Origin: Azolla caroliniana
Taxonomy: Eukaryota > Plantae > Polypodiophyta
Assembly (NCBI GenBank): GCA_043228905.1
Contig: JBHGNT010000020.1
Location: 14,322,001 to 14,386,000 of the forward strand
Direction of reading: 5' to 3'
Length of the DNA: 64,000 nucleotides
Shown: positions 24,481-36,285 of the stretch, piece by piece
Numbering within the stretch: the first letter of the stretch is position 1
How the letters are laid out: each line of letters starts with the position of its first letter
Made by a program: the position numbers and the translations under genes
The notes under the pieces: model-generated
The model's input: the letters and a program-made list of their open reading frames with translations, nothing else
Told to the model about the DNA's origin: nothing
Databases searched by the model: none

Positions 24481-27400
24481 CAACACACTATACCTGATGC
24501 AGGCTCAGATATGCTGGGAAGAAGTGAACGTAGCATCCGACACTGCCAGTGAGCTGTCATATGAGATAGAAGGGGATGAGAAGATTGTCATATGAGATAG
24601 AAGGGGATGAGAAGACTTACCGAAAACAACCTCATTCTGGAGGTGAAGGATGTGCATCTTGAGAAGTGCATCAATTGCTTGGCCGGGAAGCAAAACCAAA
24701 CCTCCTTATGCTCAAGACCACTGATGAGACGAAATGCACTACTAAAGCTGGTGCATACCGATGTGTGTCAAGTGAAGACGAAGTTACATGCCAGATCGCA
24801 GTACTTTGTGACGTTCATAGATGACCACAACCAGAAGTTGTGGGTCTCACCGTTGAAGACAGAGGATTAAGTGTTGTCTGTCTTCAAGGAACTCCACATG
24901 AGAGTGGAAAGAGAAACCGGTCGGAAGCTGAAGTCGGTTGGAGCAGATAACGGAGGAGAATACCGGGGGTAGTTCGAGGAGTACTACCGGTCGAAGGGAA
25001 TCCGGCTCGAATTCACCATCCCGAAGACGCTGAAATTGAATGGTCTGGCCGAACGGATGAACCAGACTCTGATGGAGAGAGTCTGAAGCATGCTAGCACA
25101 TGCAAAGTTACCCAAGACGTTTTGGGCTGAGGTGTTGATGACGGGAACGTACGTGATTAACAGGTCACCCTCGGAACCCTTGGAAGGAGACACACCACAG
25201 AGAGTATGGACCAGTAAAGACGTGTCTTAATGGCATTTGAAGGTGTTCGGGTGTCTCACATATGTGCTTGTTGCAAAGGACAAGAGAGCAAAGTTGGATC
25301 CGAAATCCCAGCCCTGCATATTCCTTGGATACTGTGATGATGAGTTTGGTTATTGAGTGTGAGACATGGTCGACAAGAAGGTGTTCCAGAGTCGGGATAT
25401 AGTCTTCATGAAAGATAGGACCATTGCTGACTAGGAGTCGGAGAAGAAGGTGAAGAACTCTGGATCATCCAATGAAAACCTGTTTGAGGACACAAGAACC
25501 TACCCTGTTAAAAACCGAAGGTTAGCTGGTAATTGGATGACACTCGACGAACAGGCCAATTTCGGACAAGAAACCAAACTGACCGAAGAAGAAGAAAAAG
25601 GAGACACCGGAACCAGACAAGACACTGATTCAAATTTTGATGAAGAACAAACAGAGGAACCAGTTTCCGAAAACCAAGGTTGGATATATCCTCTCCAAGA
25701 GAGAAGAGCCCACCAGAGATTCCCGGATGCAGAGCACGTATTGCTAACCGATGAGGGAGACTCGGAAACCTTCGAAGAAGCAAAGAAAGACACCCACAGC
25801 CACAAGTGGTTGAGTGTCATGCAAGATGAGATGGATTCCCTACATGAGAACCACACATACGAACTGACGGTGTTGCCGAAAGGAAAGAGAGCACTTCGGA
25901 ACAAGTGGGTGTACAAGATGAAACAGGGAGACGCCGGAAATCCACCAAGGTATAAGGCCCGAATTGTAGTGAAGGGCTTCTAGTAGAAGAAAGGAGTGGA
26001 CTTCGATGAGATCTTTGCCCCTGTAGTAAAGATGACGTCCATCCGGACGGTATTGGGCCTCGAGGTAGATCAACTGGATGTCCAGACGACATTCCTACAT
26101 GGCGACATCAAAGAAGAGATTTACATGCATCAACTAGAAGGATTTGAAAAGAAAGGGAAGGAGCACTTGGTATGCCGGTTGAAGAAGAGCTTATACGGTT
26201 TGAAGAAGAGCCTACTAGAAGTTCGACCCCTTCATGACGGATCAAGGGCACCACAAGACGCAAGCCGATCATTGTGTGTTTGTGAAGAAATTTGACGGAG
26301 GAGATTTCCTGATATTTCTCCTGTATGTGGACAACATGTTGATCGTCGGACGAGACCAAGTCAAGATATGAATGCTGAAGAAGGCCCTAAACCGAACCTT
26401 CTCAATGAAAGACTTGGGTTCGGCAAGACAGATTTTGGGGATGCACATCATCCGGGACCGGTCGAAGAAGTTGTTGTGGTTGTGGTTGTCACAGGAGAAG
26501 TACGTGACAAAGGTGTTTCAACGGTTCAACATGTCAGAGGCAAAACCGGTCGGATATGTTATGATTTATGCAAGGGACCTATATCGTGCCAATCGAGGCT
26601 GTAGAAGTCCGTTGCACTGTCGACAATGGAAGAGGAGTACATGGCAACTGTGGAAGCCGGCAAGGAGATAATCTAGATGAAAGAATTCATCAGAGAGCAA
26701 GGGATCTGGCAGGAGAAATTCCGGCTCTACTGTGATAGTCAAAGTGCCATCCACCTTGCGAAGAATGCGGCCTATCATTCCCAGACCAAGCACATCTGGA
26801 GGAGATATCACTGGCTCCGGGGGAGAGTAGAAGATCAAGACTTTGTGCTGACGAAGATCCACACGAAGGAGAACGTATCAGATATGTTGACCAAGGTACT
26901 TTCAACCAACAAGTTGGATGCGTGCCCAAGACGGATTGGATTAACGAGAAATCCCATGCCAGAGTGAAGGGGGAGTTTGTTGGGAATTCGGTCCCTCCGG
27001 ATGAGAACCGGAGGAACCGGATCAGACGAACCGGATGGAGAAGCCGGATTCGGAAGGGTTCCGAATAAGATTCGGAAACCGGAATCAGTGAATCCGGATG
27101 GATCTGGTGCGAACCGAATCAGAGGACATATTTGTAAATATGTTAAAGGATAAGCTCATTGAGGCTATATTTGTAAATATCCCAAAAGTCATATAAGTAT
27201 AAATATGACTTAGGGCAATCACAGTGTCAGCCAGTGTAGTTGTTGTATACAGAGAGTGAGTGTGTGTGTGTGTGTGAGAGAGAGAGAGATACAGAACTAG
27301 TTTTTTGTTGTAACCGCCGGTTTGGCGAAGACATAGAGCATGAGGTCGTTGTCTCTAAGTCTCACATTGTATTCCTCCTCTCATAGTGATAATTGGAGTC

Positions 27401-28189
27401 TGTGGGCTCTAATGGTTTTTCCCGTTTAGGGTTTTCTACGTAAACATCATATGTCATCTCCAGTTCCATTTGTTCTCTTCTATTCCTTGTTGATGACTTG
27501 GTTGTGGCCGAGCGTTATTTCCGTACAATTATGTGGTGGTGAGTTTGTTGGCACTATATGTGTCTTTGTCGGCTATTGAGGTGTAAACTGATTGGTGCAG
27601 AAGCGTGTATGGATCTTTCGATGGAGTTAGCAAGCAATCACAAGATGGTCATGTGAAGTAGTGTACCTGTTCAAGAGAATATACACGAAGAGTGAGTGAG
27701 AGAGACTGTTACACTAAGACAATTTGGAGTTCAAGATGAATGTTATGTTATAATTCCCATTGAGCTAATGTTACAAGATACACTTATGTCTTATATAGTT
27801 AGGTTAACTAAGCCTTAACTTTGAGAGTATTCACACTAGGAATACAGTTGGGTGGAGTAGGACTTTTAGTCCAAAAAACTCCCCCATAAAAAGACTACTT
27901 TAATTGTTACAAGCGTGGGGGTAATCTCCCCCATGGACTTAAATACAATTTGAATTTTTAAGTTACAATTTGAATATAAAGAATACGAACTAGTTCTAGA
28001 ATCGGTAGTAGTTAAGTCGACTTGGTCGGCTCTTCTGCCAGTCGCCTTTTTCAGGCCTGATGCTAGACTCGAGTTCTTCTTCTGCTTCGTCCAATTCGGC
28101 TTTCTTGTTGTCTTTCACATGTTGTAGTTGCATATGTCTCCTTTCCCAATTCGGCTCTGAAGCATTTGTTTATGGGTGGGGGGGGGGGG

Positions 28190-28500
28190 GGGGGGTGGAG
28201 CCAAGAACAGCGCCACCCCTTTCCCAACGAGTTTACGTGTGAGAGAAGGAGAGAGAATTACGTGACAGAATAAGAGGGAAAATTCTATATCCCATTGTGC
28301 CCCATGGATGGGGTTTATATAGTACAAGAGGTAACCGTTACAAATAAAGAATGAGACAAGTAGGGAGTTACATTACTTACCCACTTTCTCATCTTTGTAC
28401 ACATGCACACAAATGTGCATGTGTTCATACACATACTTATCCTCACACACTCATATACATTACACATACACAACAACCACTTTATAATGTTCTACCCTTA
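28190..28500. repeat. Dispersed LTR-like repeat; inverted copy at about 42580-42920
   Basis: GTTACAAATAAAGAATGAGACAAGTAGGGAGTTACATTACTTACCCA and its flanks match the reverse complement of 42640-42790. Confidence 0.75.
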
Positions 28501-28959
28501 TACCGTCCCGTACACTCCTACGGTTAACAATGTTGACTTGGGAACGGCTTCGTCAAGCTATCGGCGATATTCACCTCTGTATCGACCTTCTATACTTCGA
28601 GCTTCTTCTCGATGACGAGCTCCCAGATATGGTGATACCTCACCTCTATATGTCTCGTCTTTGCGTGATGGAGAAGGTTTCGAATAAGGTGGGTTGTGTT
28701 ATGTGAGTCATAGTATAGAGTTGGAGCAAGGTGGTCGAATGGGCTCTTCGCCGAAAGGTCTACTGACAATCATTGCAGCCAAATTGCTTCATTTGCTACC
28801 TCTGACGCGACGATGTGTCAAATATAGGTGTATGATGGCCTTATTCACATTGTTCCACTTGGACAGACTAGGTTTAAGACAATTGTGTAAATATGTCGAA
28901 GGGCAGTTGCCCTAGCCCAATTAGTATATAACTGGCTTTGTAACCTAGTTGATGTTGAT

Positions 28960-29470
28960 GTTGATAGTGATGTGCATATGGAGCCGGCCACAACCGGCTA
29001 ACAAGAAAAAAAGAAAAGCAACAAGAAATAGAAAATAACAAAGACAAAGACAAAGAGTTTTAACTTGGAAACCCTAAATGGGAAAAACCATGGGAGCCCA
29101 CAAACTTCAAATATAATCACTATATGAGAGTTACAAGAACTCAAAGGCAACAACCTTGAGTTGATCTTCGTCACAGTGGATGGATGTACAACAAAGAGTA
29201 ACAACAACTTCTTGCTCTCACACACTTTCTCTCTCTCTTTGATTCTCTCTAATTATTCAACTCGAATAATCATCACTATATAGTTATGTTGCCCTAACTC
29301 TATCTATATATAGGTATTTACAAATATAGCCCTGTGTCGACTTCATGCCAACTTGCCTTTGGTCGGATTGGACGAGTCGGTTCGTAACTTAGCCGGCTCT
29401 TATACTGGTCCGGCTCATGATCAGATTAGCCAACATACATCCGGCTCTTGGTCGGATAGGCCCTCCTCCC
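28960..29470 (-). mobile_element. Degraded Copia-type LTR (C/D-related)
   Basis: GGAAACCCTAAATGGGAAAAACCATGGGAGCCCAC matches the reverse complement of the C LTR motif at 17105-17140. Ends are uncertain. Confidence 0.55.
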
Positions 29471-29479
29471 ATCAAGTGA

Positions 29480-31250
29480 AACCTCTGTCGAATACGGGTT
29501 TCTAATCGATGTATTCACATTGTCCCATTGGACACACTAGGTTTATGCTATTCTTGTAAATAGTGGAAAGGGTAGTTTCCCTAAGTCAGTTAGTATTTAA
29601 ACTGACTCTTGTAAACTAGTGTTAAGGTTGTTCATCCTTGTACATTGTGCCATTTTAACTTTAAGAGAGAATAATACAAGTTACACTTTGCTTGTGCTGA
29701 CTTTTTGTTTTCTCCTTTCCTTGTTTCATGTTGATCTTGCCCTATGATTCAGTTGTCTATTGTTCTTAAATTTGTTTCTCTCTATTCTCTGACGATCTTC
29801 AAAACAAAGAGTGTTGATATTGTTTCACACGTGACAGTCAATTACAACATCTGGTATCCGAGCTTGGTGTTTTTTCGATTCTAAATTCAGTCGCCTTCTT
29901 GTCTCCATCAGCAGCTCTTCTTTTGTCCCTTCTAAAGACCGTCATTATGACAACAGATTCCAAGATTTCGGCGAAGAGAGGCACCTAAAAAGTCTGCACT
30001 CCATAGTTCTAAATCACTCTTGAAGTAAGCCACTTGGCTATACTTTACTCCTGTGATTGTAGCCATTCGGAGTGAGACTTCATTTCGCAAGTTCTACCTC
30101 AATTATGCATCATCAGGTTAGATGGAAATTGAATAGGTCAGTTGATGTTATTCACTCGCTCGTCGTAACCACTCGTAGCAGATTCGGCTCCAAGGAACAA
30201 CACCTACTCTAGGGCTCCATGCTTCATTCGGCGATATGACATTGGGGAGGACCCATAGGTTCCGTCCCTCTCATCGTCGTAGTCATTCGAAGCAGGATCA
30301 GCCTGGATAATCATCACATAACCTATGATCGACATCTTGAAATCGACATTCGGAATCGAATCGGTAGTTAACTATGCTCATCTCGACCAAGCGATAATCG
30401 GGAAGACTAGTCGGCTCTGTCATTCCAATCATTGTAGACACTTCAAGCAAGTTTAGCACCCAACTGCTCCAAGAGTCCAAGTCGATTCGACTTGTGTCCA
30501 AATTCAACTAGAACGATATCGAGTGAGCATGTCAACTACATCCCACCATTGTTCATAGTCGACTCCGGACAGAGTCTAACAAGCCGACACAGATGACATC
30601 AACATCTAGCTCATCAGATATGAGTCTAAGGAAGTTCGATGGATCAAACTTCAACTTCTGGAAGGAGCAGATGCATGACTATCTAATAGTCAAGGGTTAG
30701 ATAGACCCAATTGAGACTGAAGACGCTCCTATAGGATACAAGTGGAATGAGTGGCAAAAGCTAGACAGAATCGTCCGCACCACATTCGGATGTACTTATC
30801 GGAGTCAGTGTACTTCACAGTGCAATCATGTTCGACTACCTTTCAACTATGGAAGACGCTCTCAAACACTTATTTGATTCAGCGCCTCTACAACCTTGAG
30901 ATGAAATAATCCGACTCGGTCCAGGTACACCTGAAATCGAGACCCAAATTTCAGCCTAGGGGATGACAATCAAAGACGAATTGAGAGCTATGTTGCTCAT
31001 GAGTAGTTTCCCCCCAGGTGCAATCCATCGATGAAAGTAGTAAAATACTCTGAAGTCACAAGCGCAATCCTCACTGAACCACCTCGGAGGAAATCATTTT
31101 CAAACAATTCGGCCAGTGACACCTATGTAGTACAAGGTTCGACCAATCGAACAATCGAGGAAGAAGTTCTTCCTAATCGCCGAACAATCAACGAAGTCGG
31201 AGCAAGTCTCAGGACAATCAAATCTACAACTATTGCAAGAAACCTGGACC
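29480..31250 (+). mobile_element. Truncated Copia element F: LTR end, PBS, leader and decayed gag
   Basis: LTR ends ACAACA at 29849, PBS TGGTATCCGAGC at 29852-29863. Gag motif KFDGSNFNFWKEQMHDYLIVKG at ~30630 and a zinc-knuckle remnant at ~31225. A related LTR segment lies at 28845-28950. Confidence 0.75.
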
Positions 31251-33330
31251 CCGTATGGAGGCGATGGAGGAGGCCTCCTACTACAATTGCGTTTCTAGGC
31301 CATGGCTGTGCTTCTTCTTCTTCTTCTAATTCTACTTTTGCTTTTACATTTGCATGCTCTTCTTTGACCCAAAATTAATTTTAAATGTTTTTGCTTTTGC
31401 TTTCACATTTGCATTTCTCTCCTCTTCTTTGACCCAAAACTAACTTAACGAGATGTCTTCTGGTAATCCAAATTCCAATGTCCATCTCTTGCATGTGCAT
31501 GTGTCAAGTTAAGATTGGCTAGGGAAGGCCCATCATTAGACCCCGGCCAGGAACCTCAACATATAACCACGTATCTTCATCAAAGTGAAAATGTATTGAC
31601 TGCACCAAGTGCCCAATTGGTCTCTTTGTTGACAACGGATGATCTTCATCCTAAACTCTTAGAGTTGACTACATATGTTCTTGGGTAATACTTGGAGCAA
31701 CCTTACCCTAACCACGTTTCTTCGCTCAAAGAAAGTGTGCTATAAGAAAATAGATGATCTCACCATGTGCTCAATTCATCTACTTATCAACAAAGCATTA
31801 TCGTCAACGTAAAATCTTCGTGCATTGCATATGCAATTGACAAGTCAAGAATGTGAGCACTCCCTTAATTCAACTCAAAAACATGGCATTCCCTCATCCA
31901 CCTCAATTGCTCTCATACATAGAAAGCAAACTATCGAGACTTCATTCTCAAGGGTTAGATTCAAGCACGAGATTTACACTTAGATTCAACCAGGGATTTC
32001 CGACTGTTGAGAATCAAGCTCAACTTGGTCTAGTGTGTGAACTCACCTTGAGAGTGAATAGACACTCCAACGGTCAAGAGTCACCATTATGTCACCACTT
32101 TGTATTCTAGCATTTAGTATGAGTCATAGAATCATATTCTATGACACATAACTTATGAGCTTTCACATTCCCCATGCTCCATGAGTCTTGTAGTTAATGA
32201 AGAGAGAGGGTGACTATATAAAGCACCCTCCTCCCACCATGTATAATGTTGTGTCTTTCTCCTTTGTGAATATTATCTACCTTGCGTATACTCTGTGTCT
32301 CACTCATTGTCTCTCTCACTCTCACTCTCATACACACACACACATAGTTCACACCTATTCCGCTACACAAGAATCACACCCGATTCTTTACATGGTATCA
32401 AAGAGATTTGGTAGCTCGATCTATAGCCCATTCGCCTCATCGTGATCGTGTGTTGTGCTCCACGCCAACGACCAAGAACCAGCACATCGCTATCGTAGCT
32501 TCGCTACATAGCTCGTATTCGAAGAGAGAATAAGAATCGACATAATGAATACTCAAATGGGGATGCATCAATACCTTGTCGGACAAGGCTATTGGAGCTA
32601 CATCAGAGGAGAGCACGAAGACCGACCCGCCAAAGCGGCTCCCGGATATGCGACATGGGGGCAAGCCGCAAGCCGTGTGATGTATTGCTTGGCGACATGT
32701 GTTCACAATCACATGCTCGGCTACATTCGCGAAGCCAGGACGCCGAAGGAGGCATGGGAAAATCTACGAAAGATTTTCGTGGCAAACACAACCACAAGAA
32801 GGCTTCAACTCCGCCAAGAGTTGAAAAACATTCAACAAAGGGACATGTCCATCACGACATACACCTTGAAGATCAAGGAGCTTTGTGTTCGTCTCGATAA
32901 GCGTAAGTATAGATGATGATGAGATGGTGCAAATATGCTTCGACGGCCTCGCACCATGGTTCGGCGCAATGCGAACCGCCATTCTAGAAAGGGAGAAATC
33001 TCCCTGCTTCTTCGAGCTTCAATCAATGCTATTGGTCAAAGAAAATCACGTGCGTACAAGGAGCAATGAGTCGGAAGGCCACATGCTCTACACGCACTCG
33101 AATGGAGGAAGAGGACGCGGACGAGCAAGAGGCCGATTCGGCCAAGGACAAGGCGGATGAGGTCCGACCTATGACAACAACTCCCAATTTCGGCCGTAAA
33201 ACGGAAGACAATGAGCAACCTTCGCAAGAAGGGGGAGCTTCCACTCCGGCCCGAGCCGTCAAAATGCAACCGAATGGGGATATTGCGGAAAGCTCGGCCA
33301 CCACGAAGAAGAGTGCCGAAAGAAGATCGT

Positions 33331-36101
33331 TGTCGTGAAGATCCGTGACTAGGCACGGATTGCGAGGCGGACCCGCCGGAAGGATTCGAAGTTGCACTTG
33401 CTTTAGCAAGAAAGGAATTAAGATAGATTGAAAGAGAGAGATTGAGATAAGATAGAACACTTGATTTTAGGTTGAGAGAGAGATTAAGATTGAACTTTTA
33501 TCTTTAGATTTAAGAAACAAGTTACACGATCAATTCGATAACGAATTTTCTTCTTCTTAATTTCATAACCAAAAGAGCCTAACCCTTCTTCTTTTTCATC
33601 CCTTCTTTTATAGATGCTCTCATGCATATGATGCATGAGAGGGTACAAGACATGCATAAAATGCATGTGTGCCATTTGGCACTCATGTACTACATGTGGT
33701 GCATGATAACCATGTCACTCATTTTAGCTCTCATGTATGTGAATTTACATGTAAAAGTACAATGATAGAAATATAAATTCAACTAAATGTCATGGCTTAG
33801 TGGTAAGCCTACTGACTCTTAACTAGGAGATGCAAGGTTTGAATCCTCACTTGCCCTCCTTGTATATATTTATTTATTTATTAATTTGGTCGCTGAATGT
33901 CGTTGCCTTTTCCCTTCTTCTCATATTCGAGAACGGAAGTCCAAAACTTTGCTCCCGCTCTAGTAGCTTCAGTCTTGTCTTTCCCTACTCGTATTCCGGT
34001 CGACGCAGCATAGTGCATCACATCCACATGAGTCGCATCGGCATCCTCCATAGATTTCTTCATTCCCCCTCTTTCGAAATTCACCCGTAGGGGTCTTCGA
34101 GTTTCAGTCGAGCAGATCATGTTGTCCTCTATGTATACGATATTTTTTCGGATCGCCTCTCGAAGGCTTGCACAATCCCTTCTCATGTGGTCCATGCTAT
34201 CACACCACACGCATCTAAAGGGTTCTTTTCCTTTAGGGACCCGATGATTCATGTTGGCTAGCATGACCTTCTCGAACTTCTTCGCTAGCTCTTCAATGAT
34301 GTCGTCATCAATCTTCTTTTCTTCCACGTTACTTTGTCTTGGTGGCTCAGCGGTCTTGCTTTCTCCGTGGTAGTTGATCCCATCAAGTCAGTGTCATCAA
34401 CCCATTGGCGACGCTTGTCGAGCCTATTGCATGACCGCTTCACTGCGATCCAGTCCGCTACAAGCCCATTTGCTTGGGTATCGTCTTCAAGAAGAGTCCC
34501 CAACTCCCGTCTATCCTTCATATCCACGGCCTTCAAGAAGTACAAAGTCTTGTCCTCTTCTGGGGAGATGACTAAACATCTGGTCGAATTCGTCGTACAC
34601 CCTCGAGGCGCTCATCTTCTTATTCTTCTTCTCTATCCACTTCATTAGGGCATGTCGAGTCATCCTCGTTGAGTCTTCAATCGCGAACTCCGCTAGTATC
34701 ATTTTCTCAAACTCGGACCATGTTGTCTTACCTTCTTGAAGTTCGATGACGCGTCTTTGGACATTGTTGGCGAAAACTCTCTTGAAGCTTGTGATTTGAC
34801 GTGCTTCAGACACGTCCCTCTGATTCATCTCCCTTCTATATGTATGAAGGAACTTCGTAACGTTCCTTCCATCAAATTGACCCTCGAGCTCTATGACACG
34901 GTCGACGGCCTTCTCCACACTCGCATCGTTGTCTCGAGATCTCATCATTTGTTCGACGATTAGCATCATCCTTTCCAGCTCTCCCGCTTGGTTGCTTGAG
35001 GACGCCATCTCCAAGTATTAATCTCGGCTTGATCCTTCCTACCGCCTCTCTCACGTCGGGTTCACCACTTAATGATGTCGTGAAGATCCGTCATTAGGCG
35101 CGGATTGCGAGGCGGAACCACCGGGGTTCTGGACCGGAAGGATTCGAAGTTGCACTAGCTTTAGCAAGAAAGGAATTAAGATAGATTGAAAGAGAGAGAT
35201 TGAGATAAGATAGAACATTTGATTTTAGGTTGAGAGAGAGATTAAGATTGAACTTTTATCTTTAGATTTAAGAAACAAGTTACACGATCAATTCGATAAC
35301 GAATTTTCTTCTTCTTAATTTCATAACCAAAAGAGCCTAACCCTTCTTCTTTTTCATCCCTTCTTTTATAGATGCTCTCATGCATATGATGCATGAGAGG
35401 GTACAAGACATGCATAAAATGCATGTTTGCCATTTGGCACTCATGTACTACATGTGGTGCATGATAACCATATCACTCATTTTAGCTCTCATGTATGTGA
35501 ATTTACATGTAAAAGTACAATGATAGAAATATAAATTCAACTAAATGTCATGGCTTAGTGGTAAGCCTACTGACTCTTAACTAGGAGATGCAAGGTTTGA
35601 ATCCTTACTTGACCTCCTTGTATATATATATGTGATATATATATATTTATTTATTAATTTGGCCGCCAGATATCGGATGCCACCTCGCCGGATCACCGGT
35701 TACCGTCCAGTTCCATTTTGGTTGGCCAAAACCTTTACGAGTGGCTAGGCCACCTCCACTCTTAGTCCAAGTTACCTTAAACTCTCTATGTTCCACACAT
35801 AGACACAAAGATAATAACTTTTGCTCTACCTTATATATGGTGAGAGCCTTATTCGTCCTATCTATGTGAGATATCTCACAATTTTCTCTTTTTCTTTCTC
35901 AATTTCTTACCCACATAAGTTGACACTTTGATGTTCGTTTCTTATGTAGTAAAGTGCATCTCTTCAAGATCTTCGTCTTTTGTACTAAGATATTAAACTT
36001 ACTTAGAATTAATATATTCACTATTATTGTTTTATATGATTGACACTTGATTTCGTACATCTTATGTGATTTTCACACCATTGCCGAAAATCTTCACAAC
36101 A
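33331..36101 (-). mobile_element. Internally deleted (gag-only) Gypsy element nested in Copia E
   Basis: TSD TCGT/TCGT, 5' LTR 35076-36101, tRNA-Trp PBS 35051-35067, gag 33895-35014 (CVWCDSMDHMRRDC knuckle). The 3' LTR 33331-~33894 is truncated and fused to gag. Confidence 0.93.
35545..35612 (+). ncRNA. tRNA-derived cassette with Pol III A and B boxes inside a Gypsy LTR (not a functional tRNA); homologues at 33787-33855, 7970-8035, 12418-12483, 40567-40635(-) and 17591-17655(-)
   Basis: A-box TGGCTTAGTGG (35551), anticodon-like loop CTCTTAA, B-box GGTTTGAATCC (35594) within a T-arm stem. No acceptor stem. Confidence 0.6.
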
Positions 36102-36141
36102 TCGTGAATCGGCTTCCACAAGCCGACAACTCACGAATTAC

Positions 36142-36285
36142 GCGCACAATTCCGACTACGAAGAGTATAGCGGAATGTACGGGCACAACTCCGACTACGA
36201 AGATCGTGGCGGAATGTATGGACACAACTCCGACTATGAAGATCGTGGCGGAATGTATGCACACAACTCCGACCGTGGTGGAATT
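36142..36285 (+). repeat. 39-bp in-frame tandem repeat (~3.5 copies, GHNSDYEDRGGMY) in the Copia E gag-protease linker
   Basis: Unit GCACAACTCCGACTACGAAGATCGTGGCGGAATGTATG is repeated. Confidence 0.9.

Larger units (their letters stand above)
16689..27527 (+). mobile_element. Full-length decayed Ty1/Copia element C (contains a solo LTR and Copia D)
   Basis: LTRs 16689-17231 and 26978-27527, PBS TGGTATTAGAGC (tRNA-iMet) at 17235, PPT GAAGGGGGAG at 26966, TSD ATTAC/ATTAT. Gag 17258-, zinc knuckle CFYCGKPGHFQKNC, protease WIVDSGAS, integrase 24600-25420, RT 25750-26550 (internally deleted), RNase H to 26967. Confidence 0.95.

Noticed and set aside
28179-28195. Poly-G run (G-quadruplex candidate)
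   Set aside because: Simple homopolymer at the edge of an LTR-like repeat; length is unreliable and there is no functional evidence.
33787-33855. Possible tRNA-Lys(CTT) gene
   Set aside because: No acceptor stem and a weak anticodon stem, and it lies in an LTR; treated as a tRNA-derived cassette.
36142-36285. Regular repeats resembling a CRISPR array (also 41305-41830 and 51082-51590)
   Set aside because: Head-to-tail tandem repeats without unique spacers, no cas genes, eukaryotic context.
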